Part shown: piece after piece, positions 1 to 15,500 of the stretch
Layout of the letters: each line of letters begins with the position of its first letter
Position numbering within the stretch: the stretch's first letter is position 1
Assembly (NCBI GenBank): GCA_012295275.1
Contig: CM022677.1
Span: 4,216,001 to 4,280,000, forward strand
Source: Chrysomallon squamiferum
Taxonomy: Eukaryota; Animalia; Mollusca
DNA length: 64,000 nucleotides
Reading direction: 5' to 3'
Notes under the pieces: model-generated
Seen by the model: only the letters and a program-made list of their open reading frames with translations
What the model was told of the DNA's origin: nothing
Databases searched by the model: none
Translations under genes and position numbers: made by a program

Positions 1-22
1 GTAAGATTTGTTATCACTAATG

Positions 23-63
<41 letters not shown>

Positions 64-530
64 TCTGTGTGTCATGTGTGTTGTGTAAGGATTTATATGT
101 GTTTGCTTATTTATATATCAGTTTGTGAAATTATATACTTCAGGTTTGTGCACGTTTTTATATACAAATGTATAATCTGTATATGTGCCTGTATGTTCAT
201 ATGAATTTATGTGTGTATTTCTTTGTGTGTTTTTATTAGTGTATATGTGAGTCTGTATATAGCTGTTTATATTTATATGAGTAAGTACATATGCGTATGT
301 GTATTTGCCTACATTTGCATTTGCAAGGTAAAAGGCTGACAAACAGAGATTTAGATGAATATTATTCATTGATTTAAATTTCTGATGATTTCATAACATC
401 TTTAAGTTTTCATATATTTAATTTTTCTTAAATCCTTCCAGACAATACAGACAAGATTTACACTTCAAAAAACAACAACAGCAATAGCAACAATATTAAC
501 ACTTTTATTTATTTTTTACTTGATATCTAG

Positions 531-1526
531 TTCAAGACGAAAACGATCAGTATCTCTAAATAATTACATTAACACTACATATGAAATTGGTCTCAACAAA
601 CAAGTTCCTGCAAAAGAACTGAACAGTGTTTTCAATGAAGGTTTTGACAGCAGCTGCAAAAATGGCGGAAAATCCTGTTTGTTTGGAAATGACACATATA
701 ATCTTGTAGGTGTTTCAAAAGATCAGTCGGACATCAAAGGTAATTTTCCTGACTCTTTGTTTGAAAGAGTTATTCACTTAATTAGAGTTATCTCCCTTGT
801 GGTCAGGTTTAGTCATGTGATATAAAAAATTATTAGATGTGTGTTTATGGAGAGGTAATAGGGTTATAGTTTCTAGTTTGCAGATTTAAGATTTTTGTGA
901 CATATGTTGCCAAGTGATTGTTTTTTGAGAACTTGACAAAAGTCTTAAATTATAGTGAATTATGATGATAATATAATAAGATGATAAGATTCTTGTATTG
1001 TTTAATAATAGAAATAATATAATAATAACACTGATATTACTACTGCTACTACTACTGCTACTACTGCTGCTAATAATAATAATAATTAGTAGTAGTAATA
1101 GCATCATCATTATCATCATCAACATCATTATTATTATTAAACCTGTGTATTATTATTTATTTTTTTAATCATTGTTTTTTTATTTCATCATAATCACTGT
1201 CATTACTATTTATCACATTTCTAACCTGCTACAAACTAAGAAATGATTTTTGTTCTCGCAGACACGTACAATCTGTGTGACAGTGACGACAACAACGACT
1301 GTCACGATGCATCAGTGTTTTGTTATTCTGAGAATGGGACTTACTCCTGCAAGTGTAGGGAGGGGTTCAAGCCTTGGCCCATATACAAAAATATCTGTGA
1401 AGGTTTGAAAGAGTTATTCATTTTTTTACAGTTATCTCCCTTGTTTTCATATTTAGTTAAGGTGGATTCAGTAAAATATTTGCTTTTATTTGTGAGTGTG
1501 TTTGTGTGTGTAATCACATACATACA

Positions 1527-1569
<43 letters not shown>

Positions 1570-4500
1570 TTATACAGACACACACAGAGACACACACACA
1601 CACACACACACACAGACACACACACTCACAGACACTCAGTCCATTACAAACACATTTAAACTTATTCACGCCATATTTTATAACTTAAAGAATCTTTTTT
1701 TTTTTTTTTTTTTGTTTCATAAATATTGCTTGACCTAAATTCACAAACACTGGCCACTATATTTTTGTTTGTGAAATGCAATTTAAAAAATTAAAAAATC
1801 CTGTTTACTGATAAATTATTATCTTGTCTTACAGATGTTGATGAATGTTTAGAAAACAAAATTAAACAGCTCTGTGGTGAGGAGGGCATCGACTGTGTCA
1901 GCGTTCCTGGCAACTACACCTGCACATGTAAAGATGGATACAAGTGGATGGGTGTCAGTGAAAAGTGTGCATGTAAGTTTCTTTGTTAAAATGTGATTGT
2001 TATTTTATTTTTTACACACACAGACACACATGCACACACACATGAACACACTTATACAGAGAGAAGAGAGAGAGAAAGACAGAGAGGTTGCTTTTTTTTT
2101 TTTTTTAATGTTTCAACTACTATAGTTTTTTATTATTAATATTAAAAAAGTTTGTCTTGCTCAGTTTTATTTAATTTGTTTTATTTATTTAATTTATTTT
2201 TTACGACTATGATTATTTTAATTATTTTAATTTATTATTATTATTATTTTATCTTTCTTTGTATTTAATTTTTTTATTGTTTATTTAGTTATCTATTTTT
2301 TATCTATTATTATTATTATTATCAAAATTAGTATTATTATTTGTATTATTATATTTTTTTTAAGTCCTACAATTTCTTTTTTTTCAAATTTATTTTTATA
2401 TTAGTTACAGTCACAAAATTTAATATAATTTTTGAAAACAAAGGCACACTTTAAATTAATTTAAAAAACAAACATATAATTAAACAAAACATTCCTACTG
2501 GATGTGTAGAATAGAATATAAATATCCTCAATGTTTATTTTCAGTGGCAGATGCCTGCAAGTTGAAAAAGCCATGTAAGAATGGGGCAACCTGTGTCAAC
2601 ATTGGTGACAGTACATCTGGATATGCCTGCAAGTAAGAATTAAACTTAACACTGGTCATACAAATACTTAAATTGCATTGTGTATATTTCAAAAAAAAAT
2701 ATATATATTTTCTCACTTAAAAGAGTTAAAAGAGTCTGTGTTAGTACTAATAGTGAAATATATTTAGAGAACTTCAGATTATCATTTATTCTAATTAAAA
2801 TTGATCTCGTGTTTGCTGAAACAAAAAAAAAAAAAAATTTTTTTTTTTTTTTTAAATGTTCTTCTTCACTTCAGTCTTATTGTTTTCAATACTAATACCA
2901 GTGATTGCTAATAGTAAAGTGTGTATGTATTTATATTAATTATTCAAATTATATTTCAGATGTGCATATGGCTGGACTGGTCCAAACTGTGAAAATAAAG
3001 ACCCTGAAGCAAAAATTAAATTGAAAAAATAAAATTTCTCTTCAGCCAGTCTGGGGAGTCTGGTGTTTATTCTTCTCATTGTTCTCTTGTGTTGTTGGTG
3101 CAGGTTTGTCAGTTTACAAGCTTTGTTATAAAACCACAGAACTGTATGTACATACATACATTCATACACACAATACATCTATGAATACACATATACACTA
3201 ACATAGATGTACACAAAACATGTATACAGGGATACACACACACATGTACACCCATGAAGATATACACTGAAGATACAAGTTTATCTAAACATATTATTCA
3301 CCCATACAAATAAATATAACTTATTTGCTCATTCATCCTCTGTCTATCTCTCTTTTTCTTTTTCTTTCATTCCTTGATCCAACTGAAAGTATTTTAATTA
3401 TTATTATTATTATTATAAAAATTTTTTTATATTCGTTGTTGTTATTATAAAAATTATTATTTTTTTTTTTTTTGTTGTTAATTATTATTATTATTATTTT
3501 ATTATTGTTGTTGTTAATTATTATTATTTTTGTCATAATTTTATTATTATTATAATTTAACTTTATTAATTTATTATTATATATCATCTAATATTAAAAA
3601 ATACAATTATTAGTCTTGTTAAACAAATGATCAGTCATTATTCTTTTTCACAATAATCCATCATAACATCAGGCTTATTTATTTAAATCTTTTATTTTAA
3701 TTGTAATATTAATAACACCAAAAATATCATTTTGCACGTCAACAGTATTTTACCCAAATTTGTAAAATTAGAAAATAAAAATGCTTTACATATTTTAAAT
3801 TTCATATAAAATTTCTTCTTATATATTTTTCATAAGAGGTCATTACAAAGATGACAACAGTTCGAATGAATTTCAAGTTGCTTACCACAGTCGATCAAGT
3901 GCTGTTGAATTCCAGCCTGATGTTTATTCCCGTAGTTCAAAGATTCTGTTCGCCTGGGAACCAATACAAATGGATATGAAATGGTAGAGTATGGTAGTAA
4001 AATAAATTTGCTTCTTATTGAAGAAGAACAAAGAGTCAAGGTGTGTGAATTTGTTTTGGGGTTTTTTTGCTGAGCAAAATTTTTTGCAGCCTATTGTGAC
4101 CAGCTTATAAAAATTATAAATTTCATAATTTGTAAAAAAAAAAAAAAAAAAAATCTTTTTTTTTTTAATGTTAAATATTTATTTCTGAAATTAGCAGTTG
4201 TGTTGTTAATGTATAATTTGTTTATTTATTTGTTTTGTTAGGGAACTGAAGACATTTCTGCTAATTTTAATCTTAATTTTTTCTGTCAGTGAAATTATTT
4301 GAGGTGAATAAATTTCAGTGTTTTTATATATTTTTATGAGAAAAATAATTAAAGAAAAAAAGATAAATAATTATGAAACCTTGTTTGATCTTCATTTTAA
4401 TAATAATAAATTTAACAAACAAATAACAATTACTTCCTTCTTATTTTAAATATTTTTTTTTTTTTTTTTTTTTTTGATTAAATAAAAAGAAATTCAAATT

Positions 4501-4856
4501 TTAAATTACAAAAATCTTGATAATTTTTAAAAAAAAAAACAGAAAAATATTTTTTTAAGTTGGTCACATTTTTTTACACCATTGAAAGGAGAGCTTCATC
4601 AATATGCAGCAGATTTGAAGTATATCACCACCATTTTGAATAAACAACCAGAATATTTATTTTTCACTTTTTATTTAACAATACACAGCACACAGTATAA
4701 CATTGCTACCAGACTAATTTCAGTGAAGGTATTATTTTAAATATCTTTTAGCTGAGCATAATTTTGTATGGTGTGTATTATGAATATGTTTTTTGTTAAT
4801 AAGGTGTTTTTGTTTTTTTTGTTTTTGTATATGTCTTGCATCTGTGTGTGTGTTTG

Positions 4857-4888
<32 letters not shown>

Positions 4889-5017
4889 ACTTATGATCAT
4901 GTGTGTATATGATGTGTGTGTTTGTGTGTGTGTGTGTGTATGTGTGTGTATGTGAGTGTATGTAAATGTGTCAGTGTTTGTGTGTGTGGTGATTGTCAAA
5001 CCATTCTCTCTCTCTCA

Positions 5018-5064
<47 letters not shown>

Positions 5065-5712
5065 ATCTGAATCTACATTTTCTAAATTCATTAATACAAA
5101 AAAAAACAACAGAACTATTTTACATTATTATGATCTATGTTTGAATCATTTAATCTCCTTTAAACATTTAGCAAACATGTATTACACAATTGTGAACTAA
5201 ATGTACATTCTGACTTGCTATTAATGCATGTGTATTTGATTATTTTAAAAAGAAAAACAAACATTGTATTTGTTATAAAAGTTGATTTACTAATGTATGA
5301 AGCATTTGGAAAATATTTTCTAAATGTTTAATATTCTTTTACTAGTATTGAAACTCTTTGATAATGTCTGTTTTTGATATACAGTATATGTATGTGTGTG
5401 TGTGTGTGTGTCACAAATAATTTTTTTTTATGTGTGTAAAGAGAGAGAGAAAAAAAATGGGAGATTTTTTTTAATTTTATAAATATATATATATATATTA
5501 TATATATATATATATATATTATATTATTATATAGATATATACATATAGACATATTTTTACACAGTTAATAAAGTGATTTATTTTTCTTTGCATTTCAGGC
5601 AGGATCCCAGTCTTCAAAAGTGACAAAGTTTGATTACAACACACTGAATCAGTATGATAATCCTGCTTATGATCATGTTGATTTTGATGATGAAGCCAAC
5701 CCAAGACTATAA
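531..5712 (+). CDS. 3' part of a single-pass membrane protein gene: possible SEA-like segment with RRKR, three EGF domains (one Ca-binding type), TM helix, NPxY tail; 5' end lies before the window
   Basis: Phase-consistent GT-AG exons 531-739, 1262-1402 (CDSDDNNDCHDASVFC..YSCKCREGF..C), 1835-1972 (DVDECLE..CVSVPGNYTCTCKDGY), 2545-2632 (CKLKKPCKNGATCVN..GYAC), 2960-3103 (CAYGWTGPNCE, then TM ASLGSLVFILLIVLLCCWC), 3837-4040, 5599-5712 (YDNPAY..NPRL*). Lesions: in-frame TAA at 3030-3032 and a frameshift near 3940. Confidence 0.8.
1262..1402 (+). CDS. EGF-like domain exon
   Basis: cgcag acceptor, six-Cys EGF pattern, G|GTTTGA donor, phase 1-1. Confidence 0.85.
1835..1972 (+). CDS. Calcium-binding-type EGF exon
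   Basis: ttacag acceptor, DVDEC start, YTCTCKDGY, T|GTAAGT donor. Confidence 0.9.
2545..2632 (+). CDS. EGF exon, N-terminal part of the third EGF
   Basis: tttcag acceptor, PCKNGATC, AA|GTAAGA donor; completed by CAYGWTGPNC from 2960. Confidence 0.88.
2960..3103 (+). CDS. EGF C-terminal part plus transmembrane helix, with an in-frame TAA between them
   Basis: CAYGWTGPNCENKDPEAKIKLKK*NFSSASLGSLVFILLIVLLCCWC; AG|GTTTGT donor. Confidence 0.75.
5599..5712 (+). CDS. Terminal exon, cytoplasmic tail with NPxY motif
   Basis: catttcag acceptor; AGSQSSKVTKFDYNTLNQYDNPAYDHVDFDDEANPRL*; followed by AT-rich sequence with several AATAAA. Confidence 0.8.
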   Translation, partial: AGSQSSKVTKFDYNTLNQYDNPAYDHVDFDDEANPRL

Positions 5713-8304
5713 CTAATACTGAACAGTGTCTTAGAAAGACAAAGATCTAAATCTTGAACTTGATAATGCAAATCCACATTCTTTCAAGACATTCCAATCA
5801 TTCATACACACACACACACACACACACACTGTTAATATGTAATTACATATATATATTTATGCATATATTTAGAAAATTTTTAATAAAACATGAATGCATA
5901 AGCAGATATGTTATAAAATAATTGATTACTTTATATTTTCAAAGATTTTGTTATCATTATTATTATTATTATTATTATTATTAATAATTGCTATTACTGT
6001 TATAGCATAATTTAGTTTTTGTTATTTATTCTTAATATTATGTTTGTTATTATTTTACTAATATTATATTTTTGATTGATATTTCTGTGGCTTGTTCATA
6101 AAATACATAATAATCTGTAATTAATATATAGAGAATAATATTATTAACCGTTTAATTTAACGATTGATTCTTGTATTTTTTTATGTTAATGAAAGAAAAA
6201 ATAAAAAAAGACCTGCAATTTTCATGTAAAAACTTCTGTTTAGCAGAAGTACTAAATTAATTTATTTCATAAATATAATTATGGATTTCTTTAAAAAATT
6301 TTAAAAATAATTATATCCATAGATGAGAATGTCATTTAATATAAAAATTACCTGAATATAATTTTGACCAAAAGATCAAAGCTTGAGCTAGGTGAAACAT
6401 AAATAAAAAGAATATACCGTTTTTATTTTTATTTTTTAGGCAGTGCAGACTGCTGAAAAACTGTTATTATTATTATTATACATGAAGTTCTTCCATTAAA
6501 TATATTATTTCTGTCAAAATTCGTTTTATGTCTGTGATATCTTTTCTGTCCAATTTCTCTTGGATTTAAAATAAGTAAATAAATAAATAAATCTCACATC
6601 GTTTATTCAAGTTTGATAAAGGTAAAATACACCTGTAGTAAATTCAGTGCTCAACATAATTAACTATGATGTACATTTGTATATTCTTACAGAGGAAACA
6701 TATCATTGTTTTTATACTGTTTTAATGAGTAAGCGTGTAAATAGCTTATGTGATTAGATGCTTTGTCAAATATAAACCTGTATACATTATATTGTTATTA
6801 ATAAAATAAAACTATTGATTATTGAATTTTGTTTAATTTGTTGCCTTCGATGAAGCCCCTATAATAATGATGATGATGATGATAATGAGGATGATGATAG
6901 ATATAAATATATTATCATAACCATTACCATCATTATTACTGTTATTTTTGGTCTCCTTAAAATTATTATTGTTATCATCATCATTCTTCTGTTCCTCCAC
7001 TTTATCATCATCATCATTACATTAAAGTCCACTTGAAGCAAAAGCTAAAGTTTAAATATATGTTAGAATTTTATGCAAATGAAAATTAAAATTAATATAA
7101 GAACAATCTTGGTTATTTCACTGTAGGGTAAAAAAATAATTGTGTGTGTGTGTGTGTGTGTGTGTGAATACATCACAAAACTTTGTGACTGTATAAACTA
7201 ATACAGGACTGCTTTGATATCTAATTGCAAATGGCCATTCCATTGTATATGAACTAAAAAAAAAATAATAATAAACAAAGCAAAGAGAAATATGTTTATT
7301 TGGTAAATTTTATTTTATGAGAAGCCAATAATAGTGAAGAGACCTTCATAATTACATATAACTAATATACAACAACAAACTTCAAGATACTAGTATGTAT
7401 TAACTAATAAATCTATTAATTTTGTTGAATATACCTCTCTCTCTGTTCTGTGCTGTGTGTGCGTGCGTGTGTCTGTGAATTTATTAAACGTGGAATATTA
7501 TTGTTCTTGTTGCTTTTTGTTGTTGGAGGAGTTGTCAGGTACTCAAAAGTGATTTTCAGTTTAGGAAATACAATTACAAGGTTGACTAACTTTTTATCCT
7601 GATTTCAGAAACAAAATATTTAAAATTGTCAGTCAAATTGTTCCAAAGTTTTGGGTTTTTAATATTGCCATTTTGAAGAAATCTTTTTATAAGCTTGTTT
7701 CATAATATGTCATACTGTGTGTTCCAAACTCTGCTAAGAATATTTACATATAAAGTTGGCAAAATCATTCATTTGATATTAATATATATATATATATATC
7801 TTTGAAAATTCATAACTTCGTTCTATTATAAATATAATTATGTTTATTTTTTTATTTTTTTTTATTAATAACCGATACACACTTGCAGAAACATAATCAA
7901 AGATACTTCTGATATTGTGATTATTTTTGTAACATTCGTGAAATAAACATAACGATAAAGATACAAGCATCAGTAGAACTAAGTTAAAACAGTGGGGCAG
8001 ACCAAAAGATGGAGTGCTTTAGAATACCTACAGACAGACAGACTGACAGGGAGAGATTATTTAGATAGAAATATAGACAGATTTGCAATTCATAGCCGAT
8101 TGTATGTTTGTAAGGGAATATTGGTTCGTTGGTATTTAGAGTGGTAGGTATGAAGACGGCTGATAAATTACTAGAGTTTACATTAAACTGATATTTGTGG
8201 ATAGGTAGATAAATATAAAATAAAAATAATAAGACAGGTAGGCAGGCAGATGTGACTGATCCGACAAATCTGATAGTTTAAGCAGTGGTTATAGTCATGT
8301 TGAG

Positions 8305-8708
<404 letters not shown>

Positions 8709-9287
8709 GATATTAGATTAAGAGGTCATACAATCAGATACATAGAGAAAAGCAAAAATCTATTTTAATAATCAGCTTATTTTGTAATTTGTCTTTTTTC
8801 CTCTTTTTCCTTACTTTATTTTATTGTGTTTGTTTGTCAGTTTATTTTGTTTCATTTAATCACAAACACACAACACAACTGTTAATTTTGATACCAGATA
8901 AATATCTTTGTCTCTATTCACATAACAGTTACTACATTTACAAACAAAAATAAAATCACATAATTGACTTGTTTGATTAATATGTCCATGGACAAGTTTC
9001 CGGGTGCAAACAAGTAAATTTTCATTTCATTTCTTTTCTTTAATGTATTTACTTGATATTTCAATTATTTATTTCATTTTTTTTTTATTATTATGATTAT
9101 TTTTATGATTTATTTTTGGTTTGTTCTTTTTACTTTTATTTATTTATTTATTTTTTTTAAAATAATAATATTATTAAAGTTTTTCAATTTTTTCAATTTA
9201 TTTCATGATGGAATTTCCTGATTGCGTTTTAAAATAATGTCTTCAGAATTATTTGATTTCTTCTTCATCAGTAAAGAAAACCTTTAC

Positions 9288-9490
9288 CAAAATGGTCTCG
9301 CCCAGTAAATATGTTTGTATTGTCCGGCAGTACTCGGCAAATTTCGCGAGTCTCCGTTATTTAGCGTACTTTTTAGTTAGTTTGTATATAAACTTCCAGA
9401 AATAAACTCACCACAGTTATTGACATATAACAGATGCTCAGATTAAAATAATGCTAACATTACTGCTGCTGCTGCTGCTGCTGCTGCTGT

Positions 9491-9537
<47 letters not shown>

Positions 9538-9925
9538 ATAATAATAATAATAATAATCAGAAGAAGAAGAAGAAGAATGAATAAATAATAAATATAAAAT
9601 TAAAATAATAAAGTTTTATACGATTTTATTCGAATTCAGTTCGGAATTGCTCTTCTTATAGCACAATAATTATTTATAACGATAATATTTTATTAGTACT
9701 AATTAAATATACAGTTAACTACTATTATTGATTATAAACAATTATAAAAATTAAATTGCTAACAATAAATTTATTTTAAAAAAAAAAAAAAAAAAAAAAA
9801 ATAAAAATGTGATCTACTGATATTGGCTTTCAAATGTCAACTGACGTAAAACTGTTAAATGTTTTTATTTATACCCGAAATTAAATCCACTGACGTAGAT
9901 CTAAACAGACTGCGCATGTGCATGG
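9288..9925. promoter_or_regulatory. Possible promoter region
   Basis: CpG-containing patches in AT-rich DNA with CAAAATGG (YY1-like, ~9288), TTCGCGAG (~9343), two CTGACGTA half-CREs (9841, 9890) and TGCGCATGTGCA (NRF1-like, 9911-9922). Confidence 0.3.
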
Positions 9926-10611
9926 GAGATAGTATTACACTAGTAACTTTTATTTTTCAAAATACATAATTATAGTTTATTAATTTAACTAACATTTTAA
10001 AAATAGTTATTTACATCCATCAAAATATATATTTTATTTAAACATATGGATAAACGTTTCTGTCTGTCTGTCTAGTTGTTTTTCAAATACATTATCTGTT
10101 TTGGTTCATTAAGAAAAAGAGGAAAAAAAATAAAAGAAAAGAAATATGACAATAAAATGAATACCATGTAAATGAAAAATGAAAATAATGTAAAAGAATA
10201 AAAACAAAATTTCACTATTCGTTGAAAAAATAAAAATAAAATTAAAATGAAAGAAAATATATTTATTTCACACACACACACACACGGTGGTAATTTTAAA
10301 TCCATTTATAAGATAAAAAACCCGTAATATATTTTCTAACTGGGGTGTATTACTTTACTGTAAACAAAAAGAAAGAAATGTTTAGTAAACTTCCATTGTT
10401 TACATAAACATGATTAGAATCTTACACCATGACCCAAGTTCCTAAAAGTAGGATTTCTTCCTGTGATGTCTGTTTTGGAGATAAATAATATTATTAATAA
10501 GCGAACATTTATTGTTATACAACGTTATTCTTTCTTTTATCGTTCATCGTTCAAGAGTAAAACGGTCTGGTGCGAGTTGAAGACAGGTCTCGATTACGAC
10601 AGTAGTTTCAA

Positions 10612-10658
<47 letters not shown>

Positions 10659-12500
10659 ATGACAACCCTTTATAAACATTTTCTGAGGCGAAGACAATAT
10701 AAAAATAAACTAATTTTGTCATTCAGCTGTATCATAATAATAATTTTACATGCGATTGCGTTCGAATTGTATTGGTATGTTGATACAGTCAGCCTAAATG
10801 AATGAGATGAAAATACTTGTGAAGAACATTATAAAACATCCTTTGCTCATGTGCTAATATTAAAATAAAATGTTAAATATTAATATAATTACTATTATAG
10901 AAAATTATTATGAAGAACATTATATCAAAACAATATTATTAAGAGCCAAAACCTTAATATAAAGTACAATATATTTAACATTATGCAAAAACATGAAGAA
11001 AATTATACTGAAATGTACATTACTAATGTTTAATGTTAACATTATGCAAATTGTGATAATACAAACTGGTTATTATAAGGTTATAACAAAAAATGAATTT
11101 ATAATAAGAAAATAATTGTGTTCTGCTAACGTTCGTTTTTAAGGTTCTGTTAATAACTATACTATATTTTCTTGGGGCGGGTTTTGTCCGTGTATTTTTT
11201 CTTTTAATTTTTTGTTTCTTTATTTTGTTGTTGTTGTTTTTTGCTTTGTTTTGTTTTTTCTGATTATAATAATAACCAGCAGTTCAAATATCTATCATTC
11301 AAACTTGTGGCAAATGAACAAATTATTTCAGTAAAGTTTTATACAACTGTTAACATGTTATTCTTCTTGTTTCTTTGTTTATCTGTTAATTGTGACTGAA
11401 ATTTAGTGTTACTGATACCATTTATTACACAAATAAAACAGTTTATCTCTTATAGCCATTTATCTAGTTTCTCCTGTTGTCCTTCTCTGCTAGTTTCACA
11501 TGGACACATTTGTGTTTTTAAAACTTTTCTTTGTATTGTAATTAAGAAATGATAATGAATAATGATAATAGTAAAATTATTACTATTATTTTTATTACTG
11601 TTATTGCTATTCTTATTAGTTATTATTACTTTATCATAATTATGTTGTTATTATTAACAAATGTATATTAAAATGCTGAAGACATTATAAAATTATTTTT
11701 AGCAATATTTCAATTTGAAGTTCCATCTTAAGAAATTTTCAACTTTCTGTATGTAAGAACGTATTCAAAATGGCCTTTTTGATCTTCCACATAGCAAAAT
11801 AGCTTTAATTATTAAGAGCTTTTTCTTAGATATTTATTTCAAACATATATCACCTCCACATTAACAAATTCAATTTTATATATTTGGTAAAATCCATGGC
11901 TTAGATCAAAACAAACATACAGCCTGAAATAATTGTGATAAGGTATAATAATAATAATAAAATAATAATAAAAATAATATTAAAATAATAGTAATCTTGT
12001 TTCTACTCTCACAACTGCATAATCTAATGATGATAGTTTTAGCTGAGCCAAGAAATTTGCCTTATTTTGAGTAGAAAACAGAAACTTTGATTACATCCTG
12101 ATATGAAAGACGAATGAAAGGTTTGTAAATAAAGATTATTTATATTTCACAAATATCTACATTTATACCAAACGTAGCTATACTAGCAACAGCCAGTGAA
12201 ATAATCATAAGTAAGTAAATGTAGATTATTTTTCCTATGGATGGGTCACCTCCATGGGTGTTCATGGGCAAAACCGTCTTTCCGTGTGTAGTGGTCCAAC
12301 AAGAATGGCATGACAGTTGACATGATGCGAAAAGCAGCTCAAACCACAAACTGATAAAAAACACCCGATGAATATAAAGCTGATAATAATTATTAAAACA
12401 CTATTTACGAAACATCATAAACGTGAAGAATGTGTACACGGTGATACAAATATTTAGTGAATGTTTCTATAAAATACTTCAACAGTTCTGTTATTTTCAG

Positions 12501-15500
12501 AATCCGTTTCGCAGAGCCCATGGACGTCGACCCATTCGACCAATGAAGGTTGACCCATTCGACGACAGAGACATTCAACCAATGAAGGTTGACCCATTCG
12601 ATGACAGAGAAATTCAACTAATGGAGGTTGACCCATTCGACGACAGAGACATTCAACTAATGGAGGTTGATCCATTCGATCGACAGAGACATTCAACTAA
12701 TGGAGGTTGACCCATTCGATGGCAGAGACATTCAACTAATGGAGGTTGACCCATTCGACGACAGAGAAATTCAACCAATGGAGGTTGACCCATTCGACGA
12801 CAGACATTCAACTAATGGAGGTTGACCCATTCGACGACAGAGACATTCAACTAATGGAGGTTGATCCATTCGACGACAGAGACATTCAACTAATGGACGT
12901 CGACCCATTCGATGACAGAGACATTCAACTAATGGAGGTTGATCCATTCGATGACAGAGACATTCAACTAATGGAGGTTGATCCATTCGATGACAGAGAC
13001 ATTCAACTAATGGAGGTTGACCCATTCGATGACAGAGACATTCAACTAATGGAGGTTGACCCATTCGATGACAGAGACATTCAACTAATGGAGGTTGACC
13101 CATTCGATGACAGAGAAATTCAACTAATGGAGGTTGACCCATTCGACGACAGAGAAATTCAACTAATGGAGACATTCAACTAATGGAGGTTGACCCATTC
13201 GACGACAGAGACATTCAACTAATGGAGGTTGATCCATTCGACGACAGAGACATTCAACTAATGGACGTCGACCCATTCGATGGCAGACACATTCAACTAA
13301 TGGAGGTTGATCCATTCGATGACAGACACATTCAACTAATGGAGGTTGATCCATTCGATGACAGAGACATTCAACCAATGGAGGTTGACCCATTCGACGA
13401 CAGAGACATTCAACAAATGGAGGTTGACCCATTCGACGACAGAGACATTCAACCAATGGAGGTTGACCCATTCGACGACAGAGACATTCAACTAATGGAG
13501 GTTGATCCATTCGATGACAGAGACATTCAACTAATGGAGGTTGACCCATTCGATGACATTCAACTAAGAGACCCATTCGATGAATTCAACTAATGGAGGT
13601 TGACCCATTCGACGACAGAGACATTCAACCAATGGAGGTTGACCCATTCGATGACAGAGACATTCAACTAATGGAGGTTGATCCATTCGATGACAGAGAC
13701 ATTCAACCAATGGAGGTCGACCCATTCGATGACAGAGAAATTCAACTAATGGAGGTTGACCCATTCGACGACAGAGAAATTCAACTAATGGAGGTTGACC
13801 CATTCGACGACAGAGAAATTCAACCAATGGAGGTTGACCCATTCGACGACAGAGACATTCAACTAATGGAGGTTGACCCATTCGACGACAGAGACATTCA
13901 ACTAATGGAGGTTGACCCATTCGATGACAGAGACATTCAACAAATGGAGGTTGACCCATTCGACGACAGAGACATTCAACTAATGGAGGTTGACCCATTC
14001 GACGACAGAGACATTCAACTAATGGAGGTTGACCCATTCGACGACAGAGACATTCAACTAATGGAGGTTGACCCATTCGATGACAGAGACATTCAACTAA
14101 TGGAGGTTGACCCATTCGACGACAGAGACATTCAACAAATGGAGGTTGACCCATTCGATGACAGAGACATTCAACTAATGGAGGTTGACCCATTCGATGA
14201 CAGAGACATTCAACTAATGGAGGTTGATCCATTCGATGACAGAGAAATTCAACTAATGGAGGTTGACCCATTCGACGACAGAGAAATTCAACCAATGGAG
14301 GTTGACCCATTCGACGACAGAGACATTCAACTAATGGAGGTTGACCCATTCGACGACAGAGACATTCAACTAATGGAGGTTGACCCATTCGACGACAGAC
14401 ATTCAACTAATGGAGGTTGACCCATTCGACGACAGAGACATTCAACTAATGGAGGTTGACCCATTCGACGACAGAGACATTCAACTAATGGAGGTTGACC
14501 CATTCGACGACAGAGACATTCAACCAATGGAGGTCGACCCATTCGATGACAGAGACATTCAACCAATGGAGGTTGACCCATTCGATGACAGAGACATTCA
14601 ACAAATGGAGGTTGACCCCATTCGACGACATTCGAGACAGACATTCAACTAATGGAGGTTGACCCATTCGACGACAGAGACATTCAACTAATGGAGGTTG
14701 ACCCATTCGACGAGACATTCAACTAATGGAGGTTGACCCATTCGACGACAGAGACATTCAACTAATGGAGGTTGACCCATTCGACGACAGAGAAATTCAA
14801 CTAATGGAGGTTGACCCATTCGACGACAGAGAAATTCAACTAATGGAGGTTGACCCATTCGACGACAGAGACATTCAACCAATGGAGGTTGACCCATTCG
14901 ACGACAGAGACATTCAACTAATGGAGGTTGACCCATTCGACGACAGAGACATTCAACTAATGGAGGTTGACCCATTCGATGACAGAGACATTCAACTAAT
15001 GGAGGTTGACCCATTCGACGACAGAGACATTCAACTAATGGAGGTTGACCCATTCGATGACAGAGACATTCAACCAATGGAGGTTGACCCATTCGACGAC
15101 AGAGACATTCAACTAATGGAGGTTGATCCATTCGACGACAGAGACATTCAACTAATGGAGGTTGACCCATTCGACGACAGATTCAACATTCAACTAATGG
15201 AGGTTGACCCATTCAACATTCAACCAATGGAGGTTGACCCATTCGATGACAGAGACATTCAACCAATGGAGGTTGACCCATTCGACGACAGAGACATTCA
15301 ACCAATGGAGGTTGACCCATTCGACGACAGAGACATTCAACCAATGGAGGTTGACCCATTCGATGACAGACATTCAACCAATGGAGGTTGACCCATTCGA
15401 TGACAGACATTCAACCAATGGAGGTTGACCCATTCGACGACAGAGACATTCAACCAATGGAGGTTGACCCATTCGACGACAGAGACATTCAACAAATGGA

